A stretch of 63,980 nt of DNA, the filler included, from Intoshia linei (Eukaryota; Animalia; Orthonectida): the NCBI GenBank assembly GCA_001642005.1. It is 7 parts of 7 records of this genome, joined end to end, with 100 filler letters (N's around TTAATTAATTAA, not from the genome) between each part and the next. Parts side by side here need not be neighbours in the genome. Positions count along the whole stretch, not along the records: positions 10,735 to 35,643 come from LWCA01000513.1; 6 more parts are not named here. One strand, 5' to 3'. The notes below the pieces were generated by a model. That model was not told the DNA's origin. It did no database searches and saw only the letters and a program-made list of their open reading frames with translations. The number at the start of each line of letters is the position of its first letter. The first letter of the stretch is position 1. Positions 12,780-25,882 of the stretch are shown in pieces. The position numbers and the translations under genes are program-made.

Positions 12780-13640
12780 TTATATACAATCGGGTAAATT
12801 ATCATATTTGATATTTTCCGGTATCGAGTCTTTAATTTTAATTTTTTTCGATGATGGTTCTTCTATAGGACTGGAATTTTTCTGTTTAAGTTCATTTATG
12901 TTTTCTTCATATTCGGATATGCTTTCTTCATTTTCAAGGTCTATAACTGAATGTTCAGATTCATCGTCTTCTTCTTCTGATTCTGCTTCATCTTCGTCTT
13001 CACTAGAATCTTCCTTAATAATGAATGATTCTGTTTCTTGGTGTGGTTCTATATTATCTTCCATAATTTGGTCTTCATCGTATACATTTTCATCATTTTG
13101 AGATGTTTGATCCCAATTAATTTTAAATCTGGTCACTCGAGGAGCTTCTACCATAATACTGCGTTTCAATTTATAAATATCGACAACTGGTGGTGGATTT
13201 TCAACATAGTTTTGATCAGCATACTCATTGTTTACATAATAACCTATTCGCACAAACTCATGTTTCCCAAATGAGCAAGTCAATAAAAGAACAGTTACAC
13301 CGATAATATCGTCCTGTGGTATTATATCAGGGTTTGGTGCATTTGCCTATTAAAAAATTATTTAGATTAATATTATTCACCTCAAAAATAAACATGTGCT
13401 TTCCAGGCTCAATTGGCCCTACCAATACGGAATCAAGTACTTGATCGTAATCCGGAGCTTCTGCAGACCCAACGTATATCAGTTTCCATTCGAGATCTAA
13501 ATCGTAATACCCAAATAAATTGCATTTAAACCTTGACTAATATATTCGATACAATCAAAAGTAATTTCAAGTTTAAATGGAGACGTAAAATCGGCTTCCT
13601 TATCCATAACACTTACATTCACCACATTCACTTTGGACAT
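12780..13640 (-). CDS. ASF1: Histone chaperone ASF1 with acidic tail; introns 13497-13531 and 13347-13380
   Basis: MSKVNVVNV...[13 protein letters not shown]...[11 protein letters not shown]...[10 protein letters not shown]...[13 protein letters not shown]...[10 protein letters not shown]. Confidence 0.97.
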
Positions 13641-13925
13641 TTTTAAATTTAAAATTTCGCAAATTTTTTATCAACTTCACTGTGGTGTTTACATGGAAAA
13701 TTTAAAATAATTTTAAATTAGTGTTTCACTTTTTTCGTAGTGAATTTATTGAGTTGTTTTATACACTAACATAGATTCAAAACCATTCTTTAGATTTGTG
13801 TTGAACGTCATAACGCTGTAGTATACGTGATATTGTAAATTCAGCCTTTAAAAAAATATCTTTGAATTTACAAAATTATTATTTTCTCTGACACTCGCAC
13901 CTCATCGCATTTTTGTATCCTTTAA

Positions 13926-14136
13926 CCCTTTCACTGTCATATTATATTATACACAGCAATTTCACTTCACATGTCTGTGTATTCTATGATATACTCAGCA
14001 TAATTTTGAAAAACTTTATTCTTTTATTTTCATACATTTTCACATAGGTAATTTAAAAATAATACAAGTTTAAATTAAAAAATGAATTCCAGACGTGTGG
14101 TAATGCATCATAAAATGGTATTAGACAGTGAAAGGG
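13926..14136. mobile_element. piggyBac-type MITE
   Basis: TTAA|CCCTTTCACTGTC ... GACAGTGAAAGGG|TTAA: 13-bp perfect TIR and TTAA target duplication. Confidence 0.88.
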
Positions 14137-14239
14137 TTAATATATAAATGTTAACATTTTTTTGATACGATTAGCTATCCATTTTATTAAGGGTACCAAG
14201 GCATGAATAACTTTTTTATAAAAACTAATAGTATTATAC

Positions 14240-14518
14240 ATGGTTATATTTTTTCTATTTCAACAAATTCTCCACTTTGGTAAAAGTATTTCAAAGCCCA
14301 ACATTGGCGAACCAGATGTAACTAATATCTGTACGTAACTATTTTTACAAAATACATAAAAATGAAATAAATTTCTTGCAGTTTATTTTGTTTATATTTC
14401 TTTGGTTTTCATGTTATGTACTGGTCATATTTTTCGCACTTCCGGGAATACCAAGTTGTGGAGGTTATTGTATATAAGAAAAAACACATTTTAGTACTAC
14501 CAACGAAAAGTAAAGATG
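14240..14518 (+). CDS. Possible small multi-exon membrane protein (3' end unresolved)
   Basis: Spliced reading MVIFFLFQQILHFGKSISKPNIGEPDVTNI-FILFIFLWFSCYVLVIFFALPGIPSCG-VLPTKSKD using short GT-AG introns; no family recognised. Confidence 0.25.
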
Positions 14519-15769
14519 GTAATTTGTCTTAAAAAAAATATAAAATATATGCAAACCATACGTGATATTATATTCTGTTACTCACATACATTCATTCACA
14601 ATATTGTGAATTTATTTTTTATGCATGGAAACATAAATTTTAATCAAAATAAATACTATTATGGAAGATTTTTATCGAAACGAAATTGGCATAACGGTAA
14701 AACACAATACTTTTTAATTGATATTTGGTTTTTTTCGCGAATGACTTATATAGTGTACTTTATTATTTAAGAAAGAGTTTTTAAATTAAGAAAGATTGAT
14801 ATGTGGATTAGGAATATTTAGAAATATTGAATTATATTTTAATATTCGGTGATCTCATCAATTTACAAAAAATATAATATTAGTTAAATATCAATATGAT
14901 TGTTGAAATATAAAGTATTAACTATACTCCCACTTAAAAACAGCCAAATTCGATAAAAACAAGTGATAACATTTTATTTCAAAAATTATTTTATATTCTT
15001 TACATTTTCGTTTAACTTATAATTAATTTAAATATATAATGTAAATAATGTGGTTCTCAATCCGTAAGGATTCCTTCATTGGATGATGTTTACTATTATA
15101 ATGGAAGATTAAAATTGGTAAAGTTCCTCCCAAACCTCGTTCACCAATTTTATACAAGTTGATACTTTTTAGCGTATAAAGTGTTTTACACCGTTGATAT
15201 CGTAATATAGTATATTATACATATTGTTTTCCTTAACAATTGTAAAATGGTTTCAGCTAGATCCAGTGCCGTCTCAAGATCGAATTTGAACCAAAGTAAT
15301 TATTGACAAAATATTGTCTCAAATTTTTTTGTCGCTGTATTACAATACATGTATAATTAAAATATTAATTCGAGAAGTCTTATAATTTTACAAAACATTT
15401 ACTTTAATAAAGTAACGAGTTAAAGCATTTTAAAATTAAAGTGTTCTACATTACGTTTATACAGTGCTTAGATTTAATTAAGTTAAGCCAATTAATAAAT
15501 ATTTTATATGGGGTTCATGAAAAAAGTATCATTTAAGGGATGGCTAAAATGAGTTAAATAAATTGGGGACCACATGTCTGATATTTATTTAACACCTTAA
15601 TTACTTTTTAGTTATTTGAATATTTGATAATTCCGACTAATTTTGTTATAATTCAAGATATTTTCAATCGTTGTGTGGTTAATGCTGAAAAAAGGTACCT
15701 ACATACAATAAAATAAATCAAAATTATTTTATCTATTTAACAAACAAGTTATGAAGTTTTTCAATTGAA

Positions 15770-17335
15770 TCAAATATTGAATCTACATACTGGGTCCTGT
15801 CATCAGATAACTAAATATTTACAGAGTGGAAATGTCAACCCATATAATAAAATTGTGATTATAGTTACCACAACAATGGTATAAGTTTTCTTACATTACA
15901 GTAGTTATGCCCTATTCATTACAGTTTTTATTAATCAGCTCTAAGTGTAGTTTATAATGTAAATGGCGTACTTGTAGTCAGATGAATTAATACCGGTATA
16001 ATATTTTGAAAAAATATAGGAGCACAAGAAATGCTGTTTTATTTTTTATACTTACAACATTTTTACAAGTGTTACTGTTCACCTATTTCTCGGATTATCA
16101 ATCAATTTTATTTTTTATTTTAATGGCAATGCATGTGATTCCTTTGTCTCTACGTTTACCAAAGTTGATATCCTTGAATAAAAAGAAACTTCAACATAAT
16201 TACATACAAATATTAAAAAAATGTGTCCTCGCATTGGTCAATATTGTGAATCTTATGATATTTGCAGCTGATTTTGTTGTATTTCCTAGAAAATTTCTTA
16301 AATCAACGTCAGTTATTGGCCATACTTACTCATTAATGGTAATTAATGTATGTTTTTATTAATAAATATATTTAGGATTGTGGAACCATGTACTTCATTT
16401 TCATCAATTCAATTTTCGGAATAATTCTATTAGAAAGTAAAAAGTAAGAATATTACAAATATATATACAAATAATAGATTTAAAATCAAAATTCTCTTTA
16501 AACAGTGCACAAAACTACTTATTATTGGTTTCATTAGACTTTCCATTACGACCCTTTCTGGCTATTCTGTGCAAGTTCAAGAGTATGGAAAACATTTAAA
16601 TTTTTTTTTTATATTGGCATTCGTAAAGGTCATTTATGGCATGAACATTATTATTATTATACTTAGATTCTTTGCGGTATTCTTAACAGATACATCACAA
16701 AAACCATTATGTCAATGTTTCTGTGCGGATGTTCATTTTTTTTTATTTACGAAATTACGCTATATTATGGAGTGAAATATTTTATTCTCACTGATATTAA
16801 AAGAACCAATTTTTTAATTGCAAATAGAGAAGGTATTTTTGCTACATTTGGATATATAGCATCATACATGTTAATGTCGTGTTTGTGTAAATGCATATAT
16901 CGTACAATTATCACTGGAAAAGGAAAAGTTCTCATCTTTATTTTAATTTTCACACAAATAGCGATATTTGTACTTGGATTAATATATAATCTTAGTCATT
17001 ATCGTACTTTGGTTAATGGTCAAGAATACTTTGGCGTGGTAATTTATGAAAAATTTTTAGTTAATATATTTTAGTTTACAATTTGTTTCATTATGATGAT
17101 CCCTCTCATAATTATCAACGTATACAACACTTTAAAAAGCGAAACCTCAACAGATCGATTGATGTATTTAAAGCTATCTCACGTTTTTTTGGTGTTTTTG
17201 TTAGCAAATGTTTTAACAGGACTATTTAATATATCTATAAACACAAAAAATCTAGGAAATATAGCTGGGGTCTTAATGATAACATTACATTATGGAATAT
17301 GCAAGTCTTTTCAGATATACCTGAATGTAAAATAG
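15770..17335 (+). CDS. PIGW: GPI inositol acyltransferase PIG-W/GWT1 (multi-exon; 5' boundary uncertain)
   Basis: AADFVVFPRKFLKS...SLM-DCG, QEYGKHLNFFFILA, ANREGIFATFGY, VFLLANVLTGLFN. Confidence 0.9.
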
Positions 17336-17345
17336 TTTAATAAAA

Positions 17346-17820
17346 TTACGAATTAATACACAAACATATTCCAATTACAATTAAAGCAGTCGCGAAGCCC
17401 TGTTCTATAAATATTCTAAATATATTCTACTTAAATTACTTTTTGTTGGGATGCTTTCTCCGATTAATATTCCAACAATACTAGATATCAATATTTTTAC
17501 CGAATTAACTATTGTTGATGCCAAGACCACGTCTACGGAAAATACAGAAAATGTATTATCTATTATAATAGAAAATTTACCGTAATATTTAAGGGAGATT
17601 GCAAATAAAATCGATCCAAATTGATTGATACCAAATACAAAAAAAATCTATAATTTAATAGTTATTGTGGTATACCATGCCAGTGACATTAAGCTTAAAA
17701 TAAATTCGCGACCCATGTCCATCTAATTGTGTTACAGTGGAAATTTATTCCTTTAGATTTAAATTTTCTAAAATCATGCTTCCACATACAAAACATTTAA
17801 AGTTTATTCTAAGATTTGGC
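17346..17820 (-). CDS. TMEM234: TMEM234-like small membrane protein (5' exons uncertain)
   Basis: Spliced IFFVFGINQFGSILFAISLKYY-DVVLASTIVNSVKILISSIVGILIGE-QGFATALIVIGICLCINS* matches the NQxGS...D...NS...GE...G...CI pattern. Confidence 0.6.
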
Positions 17821-18562
17821 TACCTATAAAAAATTTCTTAAAAGTGGTTAATATCACAATGCAGTTGAGTTTTCCAGCTTAGGTCACAGTGATCTAAATC
17901 TTTTTTTCAAGTGTCTCATAACTCAGATAAGATTCTTAAAATTCTGATAAATACTAATATAAAATACTTCGACAGCAAACGGAAATGAGTGGATGAGACT
18001 GAAAATATCTTCTATCACGGAAACATAATGTGAATAAATAGTCATTATGTTCATAAAATAATTATTTTTTAAACTCATTATAATATGAATAAATTGTAGT
18101 TGTATCGGTTCAATTTCAATAGGAAAATTAACTGCTCATATCGTTCTATAAATACTTATTCACTAATTATGCGGCACACCGGTCTTTAAATTTCTAAATG
18201 TTTATTACCATCCAATTATTCTTTATAAAATGTAATTTTCCGATAACATCATAATTCGATAATTTTGAAACGCCCGTACTATATTTCTTTATGAAATTAT
18301 CTGTAACTCCCCAAATCAACGAAACTATTAATAATAGTAGCATTCTATGTTTATATTAAATTTATACAAATTACTATGAAACAGTTTTATGAATTTTTGA
18401 ATTAGATTTGTATAATGTATAACAATGATCTGGTTAAACTTTAATTAAATAGTTAAATTTAGTTAGTGTATTTATTTTTTTAATAATATATTTTCATCCT
18501 ATCTTATAGAATAAAACTAAGTTACACTTTATGAATAATTAAAATATTCAATTGTTATAAAT

Positions 18563-18989
18563 GATGTCTTCTCAACCGGTGGGTAGCAGCCGCTAAGGGA
18601 CTCGCGAGAAGTTGACATTATAAATTTAATAATTTAATCGATATTATCAATAAACATTGAAAACTGGTTTTTAAAAAAATTTGAATCCCTCTACAACCCC
18701 GTTAAAAAATTACTGAAAACACTGAAACTGTTTTATTTCAATTTTACAACTATCAAAACCCTTGTAAAATATATTCTTTGCAAAATTGAGCATCGGTATC
18801 AATTTTGTATAATTAATTCATTCTTAAAAAGTTTTTAAATGGACTTAATTCATTAATTATCGATAAAAAAAATTTATTACTTATACAAAAAATTTTCATG
18901 TTCACGGTGTTACTTATAGCCAGGTATTACTGTACTCAATGATAAGTAATATGGAAGGGATCGCGAGATTAAAAAGGTTGATAACTACT
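18563..18989. mobile_element. hAT/Charlie-like MITE
   Basis: Ends ...cttctcaacc / ggttgataactactg, flanked by ttataaat 8-bp repeats. Confidence 0.6.
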
Positions 18990-19735
18990 GTTATAAATGA
19001 TTATTTGCCATTACCACAATTATCTCATTGTCTTCCACGCCAATATCAAAAAGCAGAAACTAATTTTATGATGTATTGTCTTAAACACTGGTAGATTAGC
19101 TGGTATTAGCAAAATTAATAAAATAGTAATGACTATTTTATGAAATGCAAACATATAAATGTTTTTCTTATATAATTTTATTTCACAACTAAAATTTAAA
19201 AGATTTCCACTATTATAATGAAAGCTCTATTTGAACGACGAAAATTTTGTTGTGTTCCACGTTGCGAATCACTGGTCTAGGCTTTACCTTGATATTCGAA
19301 TAATGTATTAGAAGTACTTTCAGTCTAGAATTAAGTGTACCTTATTTACAATTGAAAATTTATCAGCAAATGTGTTAATCATAAAAATTTGAGAATTAGT
19401 TACAATTCGGTTGTAAAATTAATTCCACAGGATTTATTTTAATAGAATTTTCTTTGTTAAAGAGATTTTTAATTGATTGCGTAATATTAGTTATAGAATT
19501 GTTCTTGTTGAACAATAAAAAACTACACTGGAACAATACAAGATCAAATTGTAAATTTCATTGATAATTTACTTTCGATTAGATCTTTTCAAATATTAAG
19601 GAGGTCTCTAAATTGATTAACAGTTATTGTCCACACTGCTTGACTACTTTAAGATAAAATAGAAACCGACAAAATTGCACATTATTAATTTATTTGTACA
19701 AAATATTGTTATTTTTATTTAAATATACATTTTAA

Positions 19736-20878
19736 ATGGCTATGTTTAGAGAAATTAATGGGTTCAATTCAGATAGTTCCAAAAGCGATGTATCGTATAA
19801 AGGTAACATAATACAAGAAACTGAAATGGCACTGAATCGTTTAAATTATGACCATTTAAATTACAAGGCTGCTTTGATGCGTCGTTTTCTGAGTGATCAA
19901 CAAAATTACAGAAACAAGTGCGAACATTCGGTGAAAATCAATTCAAAAAATAGCTCTATCGCTAAAACTTTCGTTTTAGTAGATCCCTTGAGACTTAAGG
20001 GTATGCTCAAAATAAACACTGCTTTCACTAATTCCATAAGCTCTGATTCGGAAAAAAATGAAGATTCATATACTGTGCATAAACTAAATACAAATCATGC
20101 GTCTATTCTCATCAGTCATGATGGTAAAAATATTGAAAAATCACATTCAAAAAATGAGTTATACTCTAATAAAAACGAAATAAAACATTCAACAGAAAAA
20201 ATAAATGGAAAGCTTGAACCCATTAAAAAAAAATCAAATGTAAAAATTTCACCTGAATGTGGTGATAAAACGTTTTCACTTCAAAAAATGCAAAGTAATA
20301 CCGATAGAACAGGTAAACGAAACCTACTTAATATAGACAATTTTAATTCCCACCAAAAATCAGAAAGATTGTGCACCAACAGAAAAATAAATTTATCAAG
20401 AACAAATGTCAAAATAAAGAATCAAAAAAACAGTATCGATAACAAGCGTAGCTACTTTTCAAATATAATTGACAATGAACAATGTAAAGATAACAACATT
20501 ATTGATCAAGACCACATTTTTAATATATCGAATCACGAAAACCGTCAAATACGTTATTTAAATAAAACCAAACAAGATGGTTTTGTTAAACCAGACATGT
20601 GTATTAAATCAAATTTTGTTAAAGACAGATTCAAACTTAGTTACATTGACAATATTCACAAAAAACATTTTCATTTAAAACAAGGAAACTCCAAAATAAT
20701 TCATAATCAAAAATGGAATCAACCTCAAATAGAACCTATTGATTTGTCTATAAAAAAAAAAGAAAAATTTATTATTCATAAACAAAAAAATATCAACACT
20801 TATTCCTTCTCCAATGGTTTAAGAAAAGTATCTATTTTAAAAAATCCTTGCTTATATAATGTGAATCAGGTATACTAA
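19736..20878 (+). CDS. Uncharacterised 380-aa single-exon K/N/S-rich protein with a PIDLS (CtBP-binding type) motif
   Basis: Long ATG-initiated ORF in AT-rich DNA; EPIDLSIKK near the C-terminus. Confidence 0.65.
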   Translation: MAMFREINGFNSDSSKSDVSYKGNIIQETEMALNRLNYDHLNYKAALMRRFLSDQQNYRNKCEHSVKINSKNSSIAKTFVLVDPLRLKGMLKINTAFTNSISSDSEKNEDSYTVHKLNTNHASILISHDGKNIEKSHSKNELYSNKNEIKHSTEKINGKLEPIKKKSNVKISPECGDKTFSLQKMQSNTDRTGKRNLLNIDNFNSHQKSERLCTNRKINLSRTNVKIKNQKNSIDNKRSYFSNIIDNEQCKDNNIIDQDHIFNISNHENRQIRYLNKTKQDGFVKPDMCIKSNFVKDRFKLSYIDNIHKKHFHLKQGNSKIIHNQKWNQPQIEPIDLSIKKKEKFIIHKQKNINTYSFSNGLRKVSILKNPCLYNVNQVY

Positions 20879-21616
20879 ATTATTAATTTTTGATTATATT
20901 GCTTTCTATTTATAAAATTTCTTTATTTACAAGTTAATATCATGAAATAGTTGATACGTGTTTTATTTATTTTACAAAATAAAACATTTTAGATTCATAT
21001 CACTACAATATTTGACTATAAGTTTAGTATCTGATCATCTATTATTTTCTTGCGTATTTTCTAATAAAATAATTGTTGCTCAGCCCTTAAATTGAAACCA
21101 AATCTTATGAATTGTTTATTTTTATGCGAAAAAATGAGAAAATTTTTCAGTAAGTTTTTCAATGGAATGAATAATGTTAATTGCACCTTGTTTACTCATG
21201 GAATTTATTTCTTTTATGATTTTTTTTCTTATTAAATTTAGTTGTAAGGTGTCTATTTTTTGAAATATTTTAAAAAATACACCAATATTGTAATTTTATC
21301 CAGATCAAAAAAAGTAAGCATTGTAGGCTATTCTAATTGATCTAGTCAGAAATAAAAATTTTTTTATGGCGTTTCAGTCACGAAATTTCTTTAACTTTTA
21401 ATAAATTTTATGTAATAACTTTACATGTTTAATATAATTAATATATAATAACAACATTATACGGCATAATTGTTACTTTAAAATATCAAACTTTAGATAA
21501 ATTCAAGGATAAACAAATGTGTAAAGTTTAATAATCTAAATGTGGATCACAAAATTATTTAACCTGAACATTGTTTATAATAAAAAAATATTTTCATGCT
21601 TTTCATCAGATTTGTT

Positions 21617-23696
21617 TCATTTCACCTTGTTTTATAGATAAGTCATTATAATCATCAAATATCTGAAAATAAATCTTTTCTATGTTTTGCAGGATGTTAC
21701 TGTTATTATTCAATTTTACAGATAGAGGTGATTTTTTAATTTGAACAAGATGTAAATTAAAATGCTGAAATACAGATTTTCTAAATGAAAATAATTAGTG
21801 TGTTATAATTTATAAGTAGTACAAATTATTCTGTAAATTGAAGCCCTGCTTGTTTGAAACAAAAAAACTGTCATCGAATTTTTCAATATCATTGTTACGA
21901 TTAAAAACATTGTTTAAAATTGAACAAGTATTATCCTTTGATATTCCATGTAGCGTACACATGTTTAAAGCAGAATATATCCAACTTTCCAAAATTTTAT
22001 CATAACATATCGAAACATCTAATGTATTATTTAAATATGAATAACGATATATTACTGCTTTTAAGTATAGGACATGAATAATTAATGAAACTTTTATCTT
22101 GCCACAATTCTTGAAGAGTTTTATAAAAAAATAATTTAGTTTCAAAAGACTCAATAGAACTGACTAAATCTTCTCCACATGCCTTGATTACATTTGTTGT
22201 ATTCAAAGATTTAGTTATAAAACCCAAATCGTGCGAAGAACAGAAACTATATATAATTTGGTTCTGTTTGATATTTCCATATAAATCGTATCTTACAAAT
22301 TTGAATTGATCTGGTAGTACACAAATAAAGATAACTAAATAAAATTAATTGGAAACAACAAGATAGCTTACTATCACATTTTTTTGTTATCAATACATTA
22401 TCAAACATACAAATAACCCCTTGAGCCTTTAATTCATCTTTATTGCACATGTTTAAAATATATAAATATTAAAATTTACCCAACGTTTCCGGTTGTCGCG
22501 TAGATATATATAATTCATTGGTCATTATATCTCCAGGGCCTAATAGACAGTCAACCAAAACTATATCAATTAAACTTAAAATAACATACATAATATTTAT
22601 TTTATAATATTATTTTATAAATATATATGTATTACATATACATCTGTGTTTCTCAATGTTTTCTCATAGGGCACACTTGGCAGCAGTGAAAAAAATTTGG
22701 AGTTTAAGAAGATAAATATTAAAAATTCAGTTTTTTAGATCACCAGAATTTGACAATATTACGGCACATTCTTGGGCAAATTTAAACTTTACTATGATTT
22801 TTTTTGGGCAGTTATATCATACATTAATAAGGATCTCTATAGCAACAACGTTTAAAAAGTAATTAAATTAATAAATTGTTTTTAAAAAGTTTTGACAATG
22901 ACGCATCTAATTATTAACAATTAATGAATCTGTATCTTGATCTCTTTCGAAACAATATTTTAAAGAGAATTTTAATCTTAAATGATAAAAGTTTATTGAA
23001 AACATGAATTTACTCTAAATTACATGTAAAATTTATTAAACACGTTAAAATTTAAAATTTAGTTTATCTGTAACATCGTCTGTAATATTATTTAGGAATG
23101 TTTTGACTTTTTGACAATTGTGGCCCAACTTGGGATACGCTGGTTTATAGCTCGTTTTCAAATTTTCGCTGAGCACAAATAACATTTTTTGGGACACTGA
23201 TTTATAGTAATCAGAAAATTTAATAACAAAAATGATATAATAAAACTATCTTTTGAGACCCTCTAATCATCAGAGTCCAATGGATATATTTATAATGTTA
23301 AATATTTTTTAAAAATAACTTTTTCCAATAGTTCCATATCCTATAACACCAATTTTTAACCGAGAAAAAATTTCTCTGTTTAAATATGGTATCATTTTAT
23401 TAGTGTTATTTTCTTTTTCAATATATAAATTATTAGCATGATACCTAAAATGCAACATAAATAAATTTACAGAAAAATTACCAAACATCGTTAAGTAAAT
23501 TAACATAAATTGCAGCGTGATTGCATAAAATATTAGATAATAAAAATATTTTTTTTTTCGATTTTTTGAATTGGTCAATATTACTTGTATCATGGGATTC
23601 GAAAATATAGTCATTATTTATGAACATGTTCACAGAGTTTATTTTATCAAATTCTTCACTTAAATCTATTGCAATCGTTTTTCTTTTCATTTTCAT
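21617..23696 (-). CDS. NOXRED1: NADP-dependent oxidoreductase domain protein (P5C-reductase-like), multi-exon
   Basis: CNHAAIYVNLL, Rossmann LKIGVIGYGTIGK, ELYISTRQPETL, ELKAQGVICMFDN, resembling NOXRED1 [23 protein letters not shown]. Confidence 0.8.
22643..23141. mobile_element. hAT-like MITE in a NOXRED1 intron
   Basis: Ends ctgtgtttctcaa...gggcacacttgg / ggcccaacttgggatacgctg. Confidence 0.5.
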
Positions 23697-24609
23697 CTGG
23701 TTTTACAATGTTTTATAAATTCAAATAGGCAACCAGTAACAAATTGTTTATTACTTTAAAATAAATAACAGTATATTCTTACAATTAAAAATTTTGTCAT
23801 AATGCACTAATTGAAATAAAATTTTGGTTACTATTTTGATACAACTAGAAACTAATATCAGACGTAAAAAATATAATCATAAATATAATTATAGTTTCCC
23901 AAGTGAGGTTCAGTCACCAATAAAATATAATTGAACATGAAATTATGTCGATTCCTAAAAAAGACATAGTTTATGGTGGTGTATTACTTTTTTTATGTTA
24001 ATTTCTAATACAACAACGTATATTTTAAAGGGATTTGTAATAATTATATACTGATGATGCCAAGATTGTAAGGAAAGGAATCGACATAATTTTATGTTCT
24101 CAATGTTTCAATTCTCCACGGTTCTTGATTTGTCAAAGCGTTCGTCAACAAGATACCTAAATAAATAAAAACTAAAAAAAAAAATGCGACGCAAATATAG
24201 ACAAGAGTTTATCAATATGTGTGCCGCCCAAGATTTTGAATATAATATTGATAATCATGTTACTAATGTATTTAAATATGTTCAAAAAAATTTTCCTTGG
24301 CTTTGTAAATGGATTCTAAACGTTGACTATGACACTATATGATAAAGTATAAACAGCGGCCAATACAAATTATGTTGTAAATACATCATATCTTGTATGA
24401 AATCGAATATACAACTTAGTATCTCAAAATTTTTTCGTTCGTAAATTTAAGAAGCGACCGATATCGTTAAAAAGGTTGAAAAATAATGCTGTAAATTCTT
24501 ATTTTTTTGTGATGAGCCGAGAAATTTTAATTGTATTATTAGTGCACTTAACACTGCGTTAGACTAATAAATATATAAACTTTTGTTAATAAATATCTAT
24601 CGTTTAGAA

Positions 24610-25590
24610 CAGTGGCCACCAAACTTTTTGACATGGGGGCCAGAATAACTAAAAAAAAATCCGCCGGTCATCTGAAAATATACATGACGGTATTTTAAAT
24701 TACGATTAAAAATTTAAATTAATAAGTTTGAATTGAATTAATAAGTTTCTCATGATCTAGAAATGTCAAGTCCATAGTATATATTTAAAATCTAAGTCGA
24801 TGATGTATGATTACACTGCCCAACACCAAAAACATGCAAGGATGATGAATACATCATCTTTTTCGTCTCAATGAACTGGTCAACGCTATAACAATATTAT
24901 TTTTCAATCACGTCCAGATTTTTTTTTAATTGACGGTAAAGTTGCAAAAATGTTAAAAATAGGGGGTTTTCAAAGCCATCTTAAACACAATTAGAAACGC
25001 CAATTATGTATTTTATGTAGCATCATACATATATAATATATTAATTAATGTCATAATATATTTTGTTTAATAAAAAATATTATATTTAATTATTTATTTA
25101 TATTTATATTTAATATTATAATGAAAAACTAACTTATACATGTATATTATACATGTAGAATGAACTAACATTTATTTTCTTATTGAATATAATTATATTT
25201 TTTTTCATATATTTCGCTACATTTCGTTCTATAGTATTCAATTATGTTAATAATTGAATACGTTGTAACTCAAAGATTTTCCTTTTCCAATCATCTATAA
25301 TAATTCATATATGTACTTTATTTAATATTTCTATTGACCTTCAAATATGCCCATTTTAGGCACCTTTTCGAACTCGAACTTTAGGCGTATTTTAAAAAAA
25401 AATCTGGACGTAATGCAGAAACACTGATTATACCATCTTATTCAATATATAAATCTCTTCCAGGTGCACTAAATTTTATTCTTGCACCTCAAAAAAAGTT
25501 GTTATTTTGTTGAGCAGTGTTATTTGTAAGATATCACCATTGTATTTTGTAATAGGTTTGATTTCGCGAATCGTAGTTTGGTAGCCACTT
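24610..25590. mobile_element. Non-autonomous hAT element
   Basis: TIRs cagtggccaccaaact / agtttggtagccactt; perfect 8-bp TSD gtttagaa (24602-24609, 25591-25598). Confidence 0.88.
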
Positions 25591-25882
25591 GTTTAGAATC
25601 TAAACTAAAAAAACATTAGATTCTAAAGTTTACATTGAGGTTTTTTTTAGGTTAAAGAGAAACACCGTAATATAAAAATATAGTTGAATTGTGTCGCTTT
25701 ACCGATATTTAATGAATTAATTATAATAAGACGAAATTAATTATGATAAGTAACTATAATACAGTGCAGTATTATTGTTGTAACTTTGAAGGCAATAAAT
25801 AAAGTTACATTTCTTGTCAAGACTATATGAATTAAATTTTATCTTCATAATTTTCTCATTTATCATAATTAAAACTATCAAA

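Noticed and set aside
12808-13274. Ser-rich and hydrophobic + strand ORFs
   Set aside because: Antisense shadows of the ASF1 coding exon
23937-24450. Possible small gene divergent from NOXRED1
   Set aside because: No consistent splice path or recognisable motif; insufficient support
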